Source: an uncultured Acidobacteriota bacterium (GTDB lineage Bacteria; Acidobacteriota; Vicinamibacteria; Fen-336). From it: a DNA stretch of 64,000 nucleotides. The position numbers and the translations under genes were made by a program. The notes under the pieces were generated by a model. That model did no database searches, was not told the origin of the DNA, and saw only the letters and a program-made list of their open reading frames with translations. This document shows, one piece after another, positions 45,353 through 52,484 of this stretch (its first letter is position 1; the number at the start of each line of letters is the position of its first letter). The stretch lies in NCBI GenBank assembly GCA_963697835.1, contig CAVOPG010000006.1, forward strand, positions 41,529-105,528. Direction: 5' to 3'.

Positions 45353-45601
45353 CTACCGCGGGCGCACGAGGGCCCATCCTCCGAGCATCTCCTCGGCCCG
45401 CTCCGAGGCGTCCCCGCGTCCGCTCCGGCCCGCCCCGAGGCTCCGAGGCAGCAGCCGCGCCGCTCCCCGCCGACGGGAGTATTCGGCCACGGCCTCTCGG
45501 ATCAGCTCGGCCGCCGGCCGTCCCACACGAAGGGCCAGCTCTTTCAGGCGTCGACGATCCGCCTCGGGCAGGTACACCGTCGTCTTGGTGAAGCTCGACA
45601 T
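45353..45601 (-). CDS. Ribbon-helix-helix (CopG/antitoxin-type) protein with no cognate toxin gene
   Basis: MSSFTKTTVYLPEADRRRLKELALRVGRPAAELIREAVAEYSRR..SLGAGRSGRGDASERAEEML. Its stop lies 1 nt from the convergent rlpA stop. Confidence 0.65.
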   Translation of the reverse strand: MSSFTKTTVYLPEADRRRLKELALRVGRPAAELIREAVAEYSRRRGAARLLPRSLGAGRSGRGDASERAEEMLGGWALVRPR

Positions 45602-45726
45602 ATGGCTACGATACCTGGCAGCTTCCGGAGTGCCAAGCCCGACGCTCCTCGATCCGCGCGGACGACCCGTCCTGTGCTTGCCTCCTGCGCCACTGGGCTA
45701 TGGTGTACTGTTGCGGATGCAGCGTC

Positions 45727-45803
45727 GCGCCCGTAGCTCAACTGGATAGAGCGCCAGGCTTCGAACCTGGAGGTTCCGCGTTCAAGTCGCGGCGGGCGCG
45801 CCA
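45727..45803 (+). tRNA. tRNA-Arg (anticodon TCG)
   Basis: Hand-folded. Acceptor GCGCCCG/CGGGCGC, D arm GCTC-AACTGGATA-GAGC, anticodon arm CCAGG-CTTCGAA-CCTGG, T arm CCGCG-TTCAAGT-CGCGG, encoded GCCA. Confidence 0.9.
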
Positions 45804-45927
45804 GTTACGAGGCTAGCTCCTCCGGGCGCTGCCTCCGCGTTGCGCCCGGCAGGTGCCCACCTCAACCCCGAGATTTGCCGGTGCGGGACAGCCCGCGAAC
45901 GACTGTGTGTGGTAGCGTACCCGCGGC

Positions 45928-46760
45928 ATGCGAAGGTCTCTTGCGCGATCGACGGTTGTGCTGTTGGTCACGGCTCTCGCGGGCTGGGTCGTCTATGCGG
46001 TGCTTGGCTCGGGCGAAGCAACCAAGATTGCCGCGCTCGCGGCGCTCCTCGGAATTAGCGCCGTCGTCGTAACGTTCTGGTCACCGCAGGGAACGCTACC
46101 TAAGGTGGTATGTCTCGGCGTGTTCGTCTTGCTGTCCGCGGGCATCGTCTATCTCACCCGGGCGCAGGAGAGTCAGGCGCGCGCGCCGATGCGGACTCGC
46201 GGGCGGAGAGGGACCGCGTGGCGAGTGAACTCCGCCAGACGAGAGAAGATCTTCGGTTGTCGAGGGAAGAGGCACGCACTACACGCGAGCGACTCGCGGA
46301 GCTGATCATCAGCACCTCCGAGAAGATGTTTGGCCGCGTGCCGCCACAGGATAGGACGCTGCGAGTCGTCAACCTGGACCAACTCGCAGCAAACCCCTAT
46401 CGCTATTCGGTCGTCGCTGCGAAGGGGGATCCGGAGTCCATGAAGCTGTCAGTCAGTCTCATGGCGATCCTCGACCGAGCACATTGGCATTCGGTCACGA
46501 TCGGCTACGCCGTCGCGGAGTACGGTGGAACGATGGAAGGGGTCTGGGTGTTCTCTCACGCGGCGGACACCCCTGGCGCCAAGGCTCTCGCGAGGCTCTT
46601 TGTTGGTAGCGGAATCGCTACGAAGCTGGTCGCGCGACCGAACATGAATGCCGAGGACAAGATCGACATCAACATAGGCCGCAACACCAGGGTCATCAGC
46701 CACACCGAGATGCCCGGGATGACGGGCATCGCAGCGGCGAAGAACCTGCTGGAGAACTAG
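45928..46760 (+). CDS. Hypothetical membrane protein: 3 TM helices, a coiled coil and a ~150-aa C-terminal domain. Probably one gene with a frame break at a GCGCGCGCGCC run near 46180.
   Basis: ORF 45928-46305 reads STVVLLVTALAGWVVYAVL / IAALAALLGISAVVVTFW / VVCLGVFVLLSAGIVYL. It continues in ORF 46110-46760 as ADADSRAERDRVASELRQTREDLRLSREEARTTRERLAELI...VVNLDQLAANPYRYSVVAAKGDPES. I recognised no family. Confidence 0.45.
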
Positions 46761-46829
46761 CCAAGCGTCATAGAGTTCCCAGAGACACGACGACCCCGGA
46801 CCGACCGTCCCCCGCGGTCGTTGACCGGC

Positions 46830-47245
46830 TTACTTCTTCGACGGCTTCGGCAGCGAGGCGAAGGCGTGGGCTTGCGCGAGAGCCCGCCCCCGCGCGACTC
46901 CCTCCGCGTCCAGCCCAGCTTCGCCGCCGACTCAGCGATCTTCTGCAAGGTGTCCCGCGCCGCGCTCCGCGGTCGCGTGCTCGTCTCTAGTGGGGTGGCC
47001 GGCGCAAACCAGTCAAGGATGAGGCTGCTTTCGATGTTGTGCTCGGCGTAGCCTGCGACGACATGTCGACCCATCCGTCCGATGAACTCCCGAACCTTGG
47101 CGTCAGTGGCCGCGCGGCCATCGATTCCCACGTTCGACAGCAGTTGCCGCCCGTAGGCCAGCCTGGCAGATGGACTGCAGGCGAACCTCCGGTCGAGATC
47201 ACGCAGGCTCGAGATGTTGCTGTGGTAATCGTCTCCGCAGCGCAA
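46830..47245 (-). CDS. Hypothetical protein, third gene of the DUF433/DUF5615 operon; 3' end uncertain
   Basis: TTG 47245 sits 4 nt after the upstream stop. Product reads RDLDRRFACSPSARLAYGRQLLSNVGIDGRAATDAKVREFIGRMGRHVVAGYAEHNIESSLILDWF. A frame-corrected tail AFASLPKPSKK would stop at 46830; the uncorrected ORF stops at 46757. Confidence 0.4.
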
Positions 47246-47249
47246 CGGT

Positions 47250-47675
47250 CTATAGGGACTCTACCTTCGAGATCTGCCCGTCGCGGTTGATTCGGGCGAT
47301 GAACGGTCCCTGCACGCGCCTGCGCAGTAACGCCTCGATCTTTGGCAGCGCGCTCACAAAGGCGTCTCGCTTCTCACTCCAGGACCAGTTGTTGCGAGTG
47401 AACCTGAACACCCGCAGCTTCGTCCTTCTGATCAGGAGTTTCTGAAGAGGCAGGCTATGGACATCGGAGTCCGCGGTGAGGGGAATCCATCCTTCCCGGG
47501 CGCAACGGCCAAGGTATTCGACATCGTCCGCATCGTCGGGCAGCACGTCCTGGTGCCACACGACCCGCACCCCTGCAGTTCTGAGAGCCTGCGCGACGCG
47601 GATGCCGACTGAGTACTCGACGAAGAGGGTGATCCCCTCAAGCGGCGGGGGCGAGTTCCCATCGGATGGCGTCAA
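47250..47675 (-). CDS. DUF5615 / Mut7-C-type PIN-like putative toxin
   Basis: ITLFVEYSVGIRVAQALRTAGVRVVWHQDVLPDDADDVEYLGRCAREGWIPLTADSDV follows the DUF5615 pattern (hLhDE.h...hA..Lr..Gh.V.h..D..........D.eh...A...g.hhhT.D.D). It overlaps the DUF433 gene by 38 nt. Confidence 0.55.
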   Translation of the reverse strand: MTPSDGNSPPPLEGITLFVEYSVGIRVAQALRTAGVRVVWHQDVLPDDADDVEYLGRCAREGWIPLTADSDVHSLPLQKLLIRRTKLRVFRFTRNNWSWSEKRDAFVSALPKIEALLRRRVQGPFIARINRDGQISKVESL

Positions 47676-48375
47676 GGATCTCGCCGACCTTCCTGTTGTA
47701 GTCCTCGGCTATCTCCTCCGGACTCTCACCCGTAACCAGCCGCTGAGCGATCACGGCTGTGGGGATGCGGGTTCCGGAGAGCACGGGACGACCAAAGGCG
47801 AGTCTCGCGTCTATCACGACGGAACGGGGGGCGTTCGCCTGCCCCGCGAAGGACCTGGGGAACGGATAGAACCTCTCAGCCATCCCGTCCGTGTCGTGTT
47901 CGATTCTCTTGAGATAGAGGTCCAGATACTCCCCGAAGGCGGCTTGTCCGTCGTGTGTGACGTGCCGCCCCGCCTCTTCGACAAAGAGCGTCTTGCCGAT
48001 CGTGGCGAAGGTCCGAGTCGCGAGAGGGTGTCTTGCCGCGGTGTCCCGAAGCAGGATTCCATCGAGCGCAACGCGAATGCGCTGCATAGGGACAAACCGC
48101 TGCCTTCGCAAGGCGACTAGCACATGCCCCTCTAGGAGATTCATGAACGAGAGACCACCCTCGGGCGGTGGACTGATCAGGGCGGCGAACCATTTGTCCC
48201 CGCCCTTCGTCTTGTATGCCTGGCCCTTCACCCAACTCCGCAGGGTGCTCGGCGGAAGGTGCAGGTAGTAGGCGACGTCCTTGAGCCTGTAGGCGGACAT
48301 CTCCCTGGGGTCGAGGTCGCCGTACAGGCTTTCAGCAGGCACGGATCGGGAATCCACCACACGTTTTGGCCGCAT
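47638..48375 (-). CDS. Long-form DUF433 protein (N-terminal MerR/excisionase-like HTH plus C-terminal DUF433), putative antitoxin or regulator
   Basis: YRLKDVAYYLHLPPSTLRSWVKG..LSFMNLLEGHVLVALRR at the N-terminus. C-terminal DUF433 reads VVIDARLAFGRPVLSGTRIPTAVIAQRLVTGESPEEIAEDYNRKVGEILDAIRWE. Confidence 0.65.
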   Translation of the reverse strand: MRPKRVVDSRSVPAESLYGDLDPREMSAYRLKDVAYYLHLPPSTLRSWVKGQAYKTKGGDKWFAALISPPPEGGLSFMNLLEGHVLVALRRQRFVPMQRIRVALDGILLRDTAARHPLATRTFATIGKTLFVEEAGRHVTHDGQAAFGEYLDLYLKRIEHDTDGMAERFYPFPRSFAGQANAPRSVVIDARLAFGRPVLSGTRIPTAVIAQRLVTGESPEEIAEDYNRKVGEILDAIRWELAPAA

Positions 48376-48732
48376 CTTCGACCCCCGGATCGTATCGAGA
48401 TGATACCAGCATGCTTGGACAGAGGAGGGCCTGGTTCACCCGCCCGGGAGCGCCGTGAACACCGACTTCGGCACGGTGTCAAACCGGGGCTACTGCACGG
48501 GCAGTGACGTCACCATCGGCATCACAGGGATGACAGCCCAAGCCGCACGACGAAGCGTGTAATCACTTACGCGCCCCGTAACGGTCGCGGCAGTCGACTC
48601 ACGCCGGATTCCCAGCATTCAGCCGCCTGACTGTATGGCACCTCCCTTGCAGCCACGTCCTGCTGCCCGAACCCGCAGAGCCGGAGCGGACGGGGGGCCT
48701 CACGAAGGAGCGGTCGGGCGGAGGAGTCGGAG

Positions 48733-49959
48733 ATGTCGAAGGAAGCGACCGGGGGGATGGCCGCGCTCGCGGCCGGCCTTCCAGACAAGAACGTGTCGCA
48801 CTCAATGACGATGAGGACCTGGAGTACGGCTCTGGTATGCGGTCTGGCCCTGATCGTACTGGGGCTGGCGCCGGATGCGTCGGCGCAGTTCGGGGTCGGC
48901 AACGGGGCGGGCCCCGATTCAGTCCGAGAAGCGTTGGCTGTCGAGGCCGGGCCCAACGGGGACCTCGCGGAGACGATCCTCAGCCAGCGGGAGGCGGAGG
49001 CCGGCCGTAGGTTCGACGCCCGTTATCGCAGGACGCTCGAGGCCAGCCTTGCCGAGCTGCCCAAGGACCGACTCGAGCTGCTCCTGGGCGCGGGTTCCGG
49101 GGTCAACCTCAGGGAGGCGCTGGCTCCGAACGCGCTCGGAGACTCCAGCGCCGACCTCGTGTACACGCCGGTCACGCCCTGTCGCCTCTTCGATACCCGC
49201 AACGCCGCTGACGGCATTCTCGTCGGGAACACCCAGCGGAACTTCCTGGTGACGGGCACGACGGGGTTCGCCACTCAAGGAGGCAACGTCGGGGGGTGCG
49301 GCATCCCGTTTGGTCCTGCGACTTCCGTCATCATCAATTTCGCCGCGGTCAACCCCGCCGGTCCGGGCAACCTCAGGGCCTGGGCCGTGGCCAACCCGCA
49401 GCCGGCCTCGCCCCTGGCCACAGTGCTGAACTACAGCTCGGTGCTCCACGCGCTCGCGAATGGCATAGCCGTTCCCATCTGCGATCCCGCGGTCACCTCC
49501 TGTGCGACCGGGGACCTGCGCTTGCAGGCGGACGGCAGCTCGGTTCACGTCGTCGCCGATGTCGTGGGGTACTTCAAGTCGCCGGGACAGCGCCAAACCC
49601 TCAAGGGAACCTACGGCGATTTCAGGATCGCCAGTGAGGCGGGCGACCTCCTCTACCTTGCCACCTTCTCCTTTGTTACGCCGTTGGCCGCGGCTCCGGC
49701 CGCACCTGGTGTGAACTTCATCCCTTCGGGAGGCCCGCCCACCGCGAGCTGCCCGGGGACGGCTGCGAATCCGCAAGCCGCGTCGGGAAACCTCTGTGTG
49801 TACGAGGCCTTCGGCTCGAACAGGGCGTTCGTGTGCATAGTCAATACGGCGACGGGCATCTGTGATTCGAGCAGCGCCTTCGGGGCAGCAGTCGGCCTAC
49901 GCACCGCCGGCGCGGGATCGTCCTTCAGCTATGGCAGCTGGGCGGTAACCATGCCATAG
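48733..49959 (+). CDS. Secreted protein of unknown function (intact). The likely true start is Met at 48805/48811, before the signal peptide.
   Basis: MTMRTWSTALVCGLALIVLGLAPDASAQ. The central beta-rich module reads YTPVTPCRLFDTRNA..GCGIP..AVNP.GPGNLRAW..P..S.LNY...ANGIAVP..VVADVVGYF. The C-terminal Cys-containing module reads SGNLCVYEAFGSNRAFVCIVNTATGICD..YGSWAVT. Confidence 0.6.
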   Translation: MSKEATGGMAALAAGLPDKNVSHSMTMRTWSTALVCGLALIVLGLAPDASAQFGVGNGAGPDSVREALAVEAGPNGDLAETILSQREAEAGRRFDARYRRTLEASLAELPKDRLELLLGAGSGVNLREALAPNALGDSSADLVYTPVTPCRLFDTRNAADGILVGNTQRNFLVTGTTGFATQGGNVGGCGIPFGPATSVIINFAAVNPAGPGNLRAWAVANPQPASPLATVLNYSSVLHALANGIAVPICDPAVTSCATGDLRLQADGSSVHVVADVVGYFKSPGQRQTLKGTYGDFRIASEAGDLLYLATFSFVTPLAAAPAAPGVNFIPSGGPPTASCPGTAANPQAASGNLCVYEAFGSNRAFVCIVNTATGICDSSSAFGAAVGLRTAGAGSSFSYGSWAVTMP

Positions 49960-50016
49960 AGGCGTCGGGCCATCTCGGCTGGCGCCCCCGCCCTTGACGC
50001 TCTCTGTCGAGGACCA

Positions 50017-50211
50017 TCATCCTCGCCCGACGCCGGCCCGGCGCCCCGCGGCGCCGCGCGCGCGTCGCAGTTCCGCGAGCTCCCGCTCCACATCGCGCAG
50101 CGGACGAGGCGGGATCGCCCGCACGAGGCTGTCGAACGCCTCAAACATGCGCTGCTTTTCGCGCTCGCTCAGCCTCACCGCCCGGTCGCCGACCAGGTTC
50201 TTCGTGGCCAT
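50017..50211 (-). CDS. Small hypothetical ORF (64 aa); weak call
   Basis: ATG 50211 has no clear SD. MATKNLVGDRAVRLSEREKQRMFEAFDSLVRAIPPRPLRDVERELAELRRAR is vaguely antitoxin-like. Confidence 0.25.
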   Translation of the reverse strand: MATKNLVGDRAVRLSEREKQRMFEAFDSLVRAIPPRPLRDVERELAELRRARGAAGRRAGVGRG

Positions 50212-50244
50212 ACTGGGGCGATATTGCCATACCGGCGCGCCGAC

Positions 50245-50973
50245 TCAGGCCGTGACCCGCCGGAGGGCCTGGCGCGCGAGCGCACCGAGGACGCCGAGCA
50301 CGGCCATGCCACCGGCGACGCCGGCGAGGAGCAGCCACGGCCCCCGGTGCCGGACGAAGGTCTGGATGTCCTCGGCCCCGGTCGCAGCGGCCGCGGCGGC
50401 GAGCGCGACGGCCACCGCGGTGCGCGGCAGCATCCCGAGGAACGTCCCGGCGAGGAAGGCCGGCAGCGGCACGCCGGTCGCGGCCATCACGAGGTTGGTG
50501 AGAGCGAACGGCGAGTTCGGCGGGAAGCGCAGGAGCGTCACGACGAGGAGCGTGCGCCAGGGTCCCCGGCCGACGAGGGCGTCCCGGATCGCGCGGGCCC
50601 TGGCGCTCTGCTCGATGAGCGCCTCCACCCGGTCCTTCGAGACGCGGCGTGCCACCGCGTAGCCGAGCCAGCTTCCGCCGGTGAAGCCGAGGAGCGCGGC
50701 GGGCAGGCCGAGCGCGAGGCCGAAGACCCAGCCGCCGAGGATCGACTGCGCGTAGGTCGGGAGGAAGCCGAGCCCGGCGCCCAGAACGAAGACGGCGGTG
50801 AAGACCACGAGGCCGACGCTCCTGTGGAAGAGCAGCCACCCCGAGACCGGCGCCAGGCTCGCGAGCAGGATCGTCCCGCACACGGCCGGCGCCGCCGTCC
50901 AAGCGAGACCGAGGAGGCCGGTCGGCCCGAGGGTCCGGGCGAGAGAGTAGGAGGGCGTCGTCGCCGGGCGCAT
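50245..50973 (-). CDS. TVP38/TMEM64 (DedA-related, SNARE-associated) family membrane protein
   Basis: GFLPTYAQSILGGWVFGLALGLPAALLGFTGGSWLGYAVARRVSKDRV..LLRFPPNSPFALTNLVMAATGVPLPAFLAGTFLGMLPRT. Confidence 0.8.
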   Translation of the reverse strand: MRPATTPSYSLARTLGPTGLLGLAWTAAPAVCGTILLASLAPVSGWLLFHRSVGLVVFTAVFVLGAGLGFLPTYAQSILGGWVFGLALGLPAALLGFTGGSWLGYAVARRVSKDRVEALIEQSARARAIRDALVGRGPWRTLLVVTLLRFPPNSPFALTNLVMAATGVPLPAFLAGTFLGMLPRTAVAVALAAAAAATGAEDIQTFVRHRGPWLLLAGVAGGMAVLGVLGALARQALRRVTA

Positions 50974-51002
50974 CGGACGGCCATGATAGACTAGCGTGCG
51001 GG

Positions 51003-51036
51003 GTCGCCTCCCCCACCACTCCCGGCGGGAGGCGAC
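51003..51036 (+). promoter_or_regulatory. 10-bp GC hairpin that contains the only SD-like element upstream of the precursor ORF
   Basis: GTCGCCTCCC (51003-51012) pairs with GGGAGGCGAC (51027-51036) across a 14-nt loop. The ATG at 51048 is 12 nt downstream. Confidence 0.35.
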
Positions 51037-51047
51037 GGGGTGGGCAC

Positions 51048-51209
51048 ATGAAGAAGCGTCCGGCACGCGAGCCGTACGAGCGCCCGAAGGTGATCCGGGT
51101 GAAGATCGTTTCGGGCGAAATGGCCGTTACGGGCTGCAAGGTACGCAACGGCAACGTGGGCCCCACCCTCGGCTGTCAGCGCACGGCCTGCCGGTCGATC
51201 GGCAGCTAG
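51048..51209 (+). CDS. Putative RiPP precursor peptide (53 aa, 3 Cys, C-terminal Ser); absent from the ORF track
   Basis: Own translation: MKKRPAREPYERPKVIRVKIVSGEMAVTGCKVRNGNVGPTLGCQRTACRSIGS. The stop lies 5 nt before the radical SAM start. Confidence 0.55.
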   Translation: MKKRPAREPYERPKVIRVKIVSGEMAVTGCKVRNGNVGPTLGCQRTACRSIGS

Positions 51210-51214
51210 CCCTC

Positions 51215-52480
51215 GTGGCGTCTCCGCCCGAAGCCCGCGTTCCCGAGGTCTCCTTCCTCGAGTTCCGCGACCGGGCCGGCCTCGACCGGCGCCGGATCCC
51301 CATCGAGGGGACGATCGAGACGACCTACCGCTGCAACCTGAACTGCGTCCACTGCTACGTGAACGAGCCCACGGGCTCGCGCGAGGAGATGGACGCGGAG
51401 ATGAGCCTCGAGCGGCTGAAGGGGCTCGTCGACGAGATCGTCGCGGAGGGGACCCTCTTCGTCCTCTTCACGGGCGGCGAGGTGCTCGTCCGCCCAGATT
51501 TCCCGGCGCTCTACCTCTACGCGCGGTCGAAGGGCCTCCTCGTCACGATCTTCACGAACGGGACGATGATCACCGACCGGATCGCCGACCTTTTCGCCGA
51601 GCACCGGCCGGACAAGGTCGAGATCAGCCTGTACGGGATGACGAAGGAGACGTACGACCGGGTCACCCGCGTGCCGGGCTCTTTCGAGAAGTGCCTCGCC
51701 GGCATCCGCCGCCTCGTCGAGCGCGGGGTGCCCCTGACCCTGAAGACGATGGCCCTCACGTGGAACCACCACGAGATCGAGGCGATGGAGGCGTACGCGA
51801 AGAGCCTCGGCCTCGTCTTCCGCTTCGACAGCTCGCTCAACCCGCGGGTCGACTGCGGGGCCAACCGCAACTCCGAGCTGCAGCTCGACCCGGAGCGCGC
51901 CCTCGAGCTCGACCTCGGGAGCCCCGAGCGCATGGAGGGCTTCCGCGAGTTCTGCGAGCGCTTCACGCGGCCCGACGCCGAGTACGGGGCGGAGAAGGTC
52001 TACACGTGCGGCGCCGGCCAGAGTGCCTTCACCGTGGACCCCCACGGGCGGCTGCAGATGTGCCAGCTCTCCCGGAAGAGCTTCCACGACCTGAAGGCGG
52101 GCCGCTTCGCCGACGGCTGGCACGGCCTCTTCCCGAAGCTCCGGGCGCGGACGTGGCAGACGAACGAGGTCTGCCGCAACTGCAGCCTGATGGCGCTCTG
52201 CGGGAGCTGCCCGGGGGCGGCGGAGATGGAGACGGGCGACGTCGAGGGCATCGTGCCCGCGTTCTGCGAGCTCGCGCACCTGCGGGCGTGGGCCGTCATG
52301 GGCGAGGGCTCGGGCCACCGCCGCGACGCGACGTGCTGCCTGGGCCACGGAAAGCTGGCGTCACGGCCTGACGCCGAGGCCCGGGCCGCCCTCTCCGGCG
52401 GCTGCGGCTCGTGCGGCAACGCCGTGCCCGAGCCGGGCGCGGAGCTCATCCGCCTCGAGCGCCGGCCGCGGCAGGCCTGA
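51215..52480 (+). CDS. Radical SAM/SPASM domain peptide-maturase-like enzyme (intact, ~421 aa)
   Basis: GTG 51215. CX3CX2C in TYRCNLNCVHCYV. Also FVLFTGGEVLVRPDF and VTIFTNGTMI. SPASM-type motifs are YTCGAGQSAFTVDPHGRLQMCQ and CRNCSLMALCGSCPG. An extra Cys-rich tail reads DATCCLG..GGCGSCG. Confidence 0.9.
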   Translation: MASPPEARVPEVSFLEFRDRAGLDRRRIPIEGTIETTYRCNLNCVHCYVNEPTGSREEMDAEMSLERLKGLVDEIVAEGTLFVLFTGGEVLVRPDFPALYLYARSKGLLVTIFTNGTMITDRIADLFAEHRPDKVEISLYGMTKETYDRVTRVPGSFEKCLAGIRRLVERGVPLTLKTMALTWNHHEIEAMEAYAKSLGLVFRFDSSLNPRVDCGANRNSELQLDPERALELDLGSPERMEGFREFCERFTRPDAEYGAEKVYTCGAGQSAFTVDPHGRLQMCQLSRKSFHDLKAGRFADGWHGLFPKLRARTWQTNEVCRNCSLMALCGSCPGAAEMETGDVEGIVPAFCELAHLRAWAVMGEGSGHRRDATCCLGHGKLASRPDAEARAALSGGCGSCGNAVPEPGAELIRLERRPRQA

Positions 52481-52484
52481 GCGC

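Larger units (their letters stand above)
45804..50230. mobile_element. Possible tRNA-Arg-adjacent genomic island (visibly lower GC, accessory genes, no integrase or direct repeat found)
   Basis: Base composition and third-codon-position GC drop immediately after the tRNA 3' end. The gene content is unrelated to the flanking housekeeping genes. The right boundary is uncertain. Confidence 0.3.

Noticed and set aside
50221-50245. A possible attR-type direct repeat of the tRNA-Arg 3' end at the right edge of the low-GC patch (CGGCGCGCCGA versus GGGCGCGCCA).
   Set aside because: Only an 8-nt palindromic GGCGCGCC core matches. That is expected by chance in DNA of this composition.
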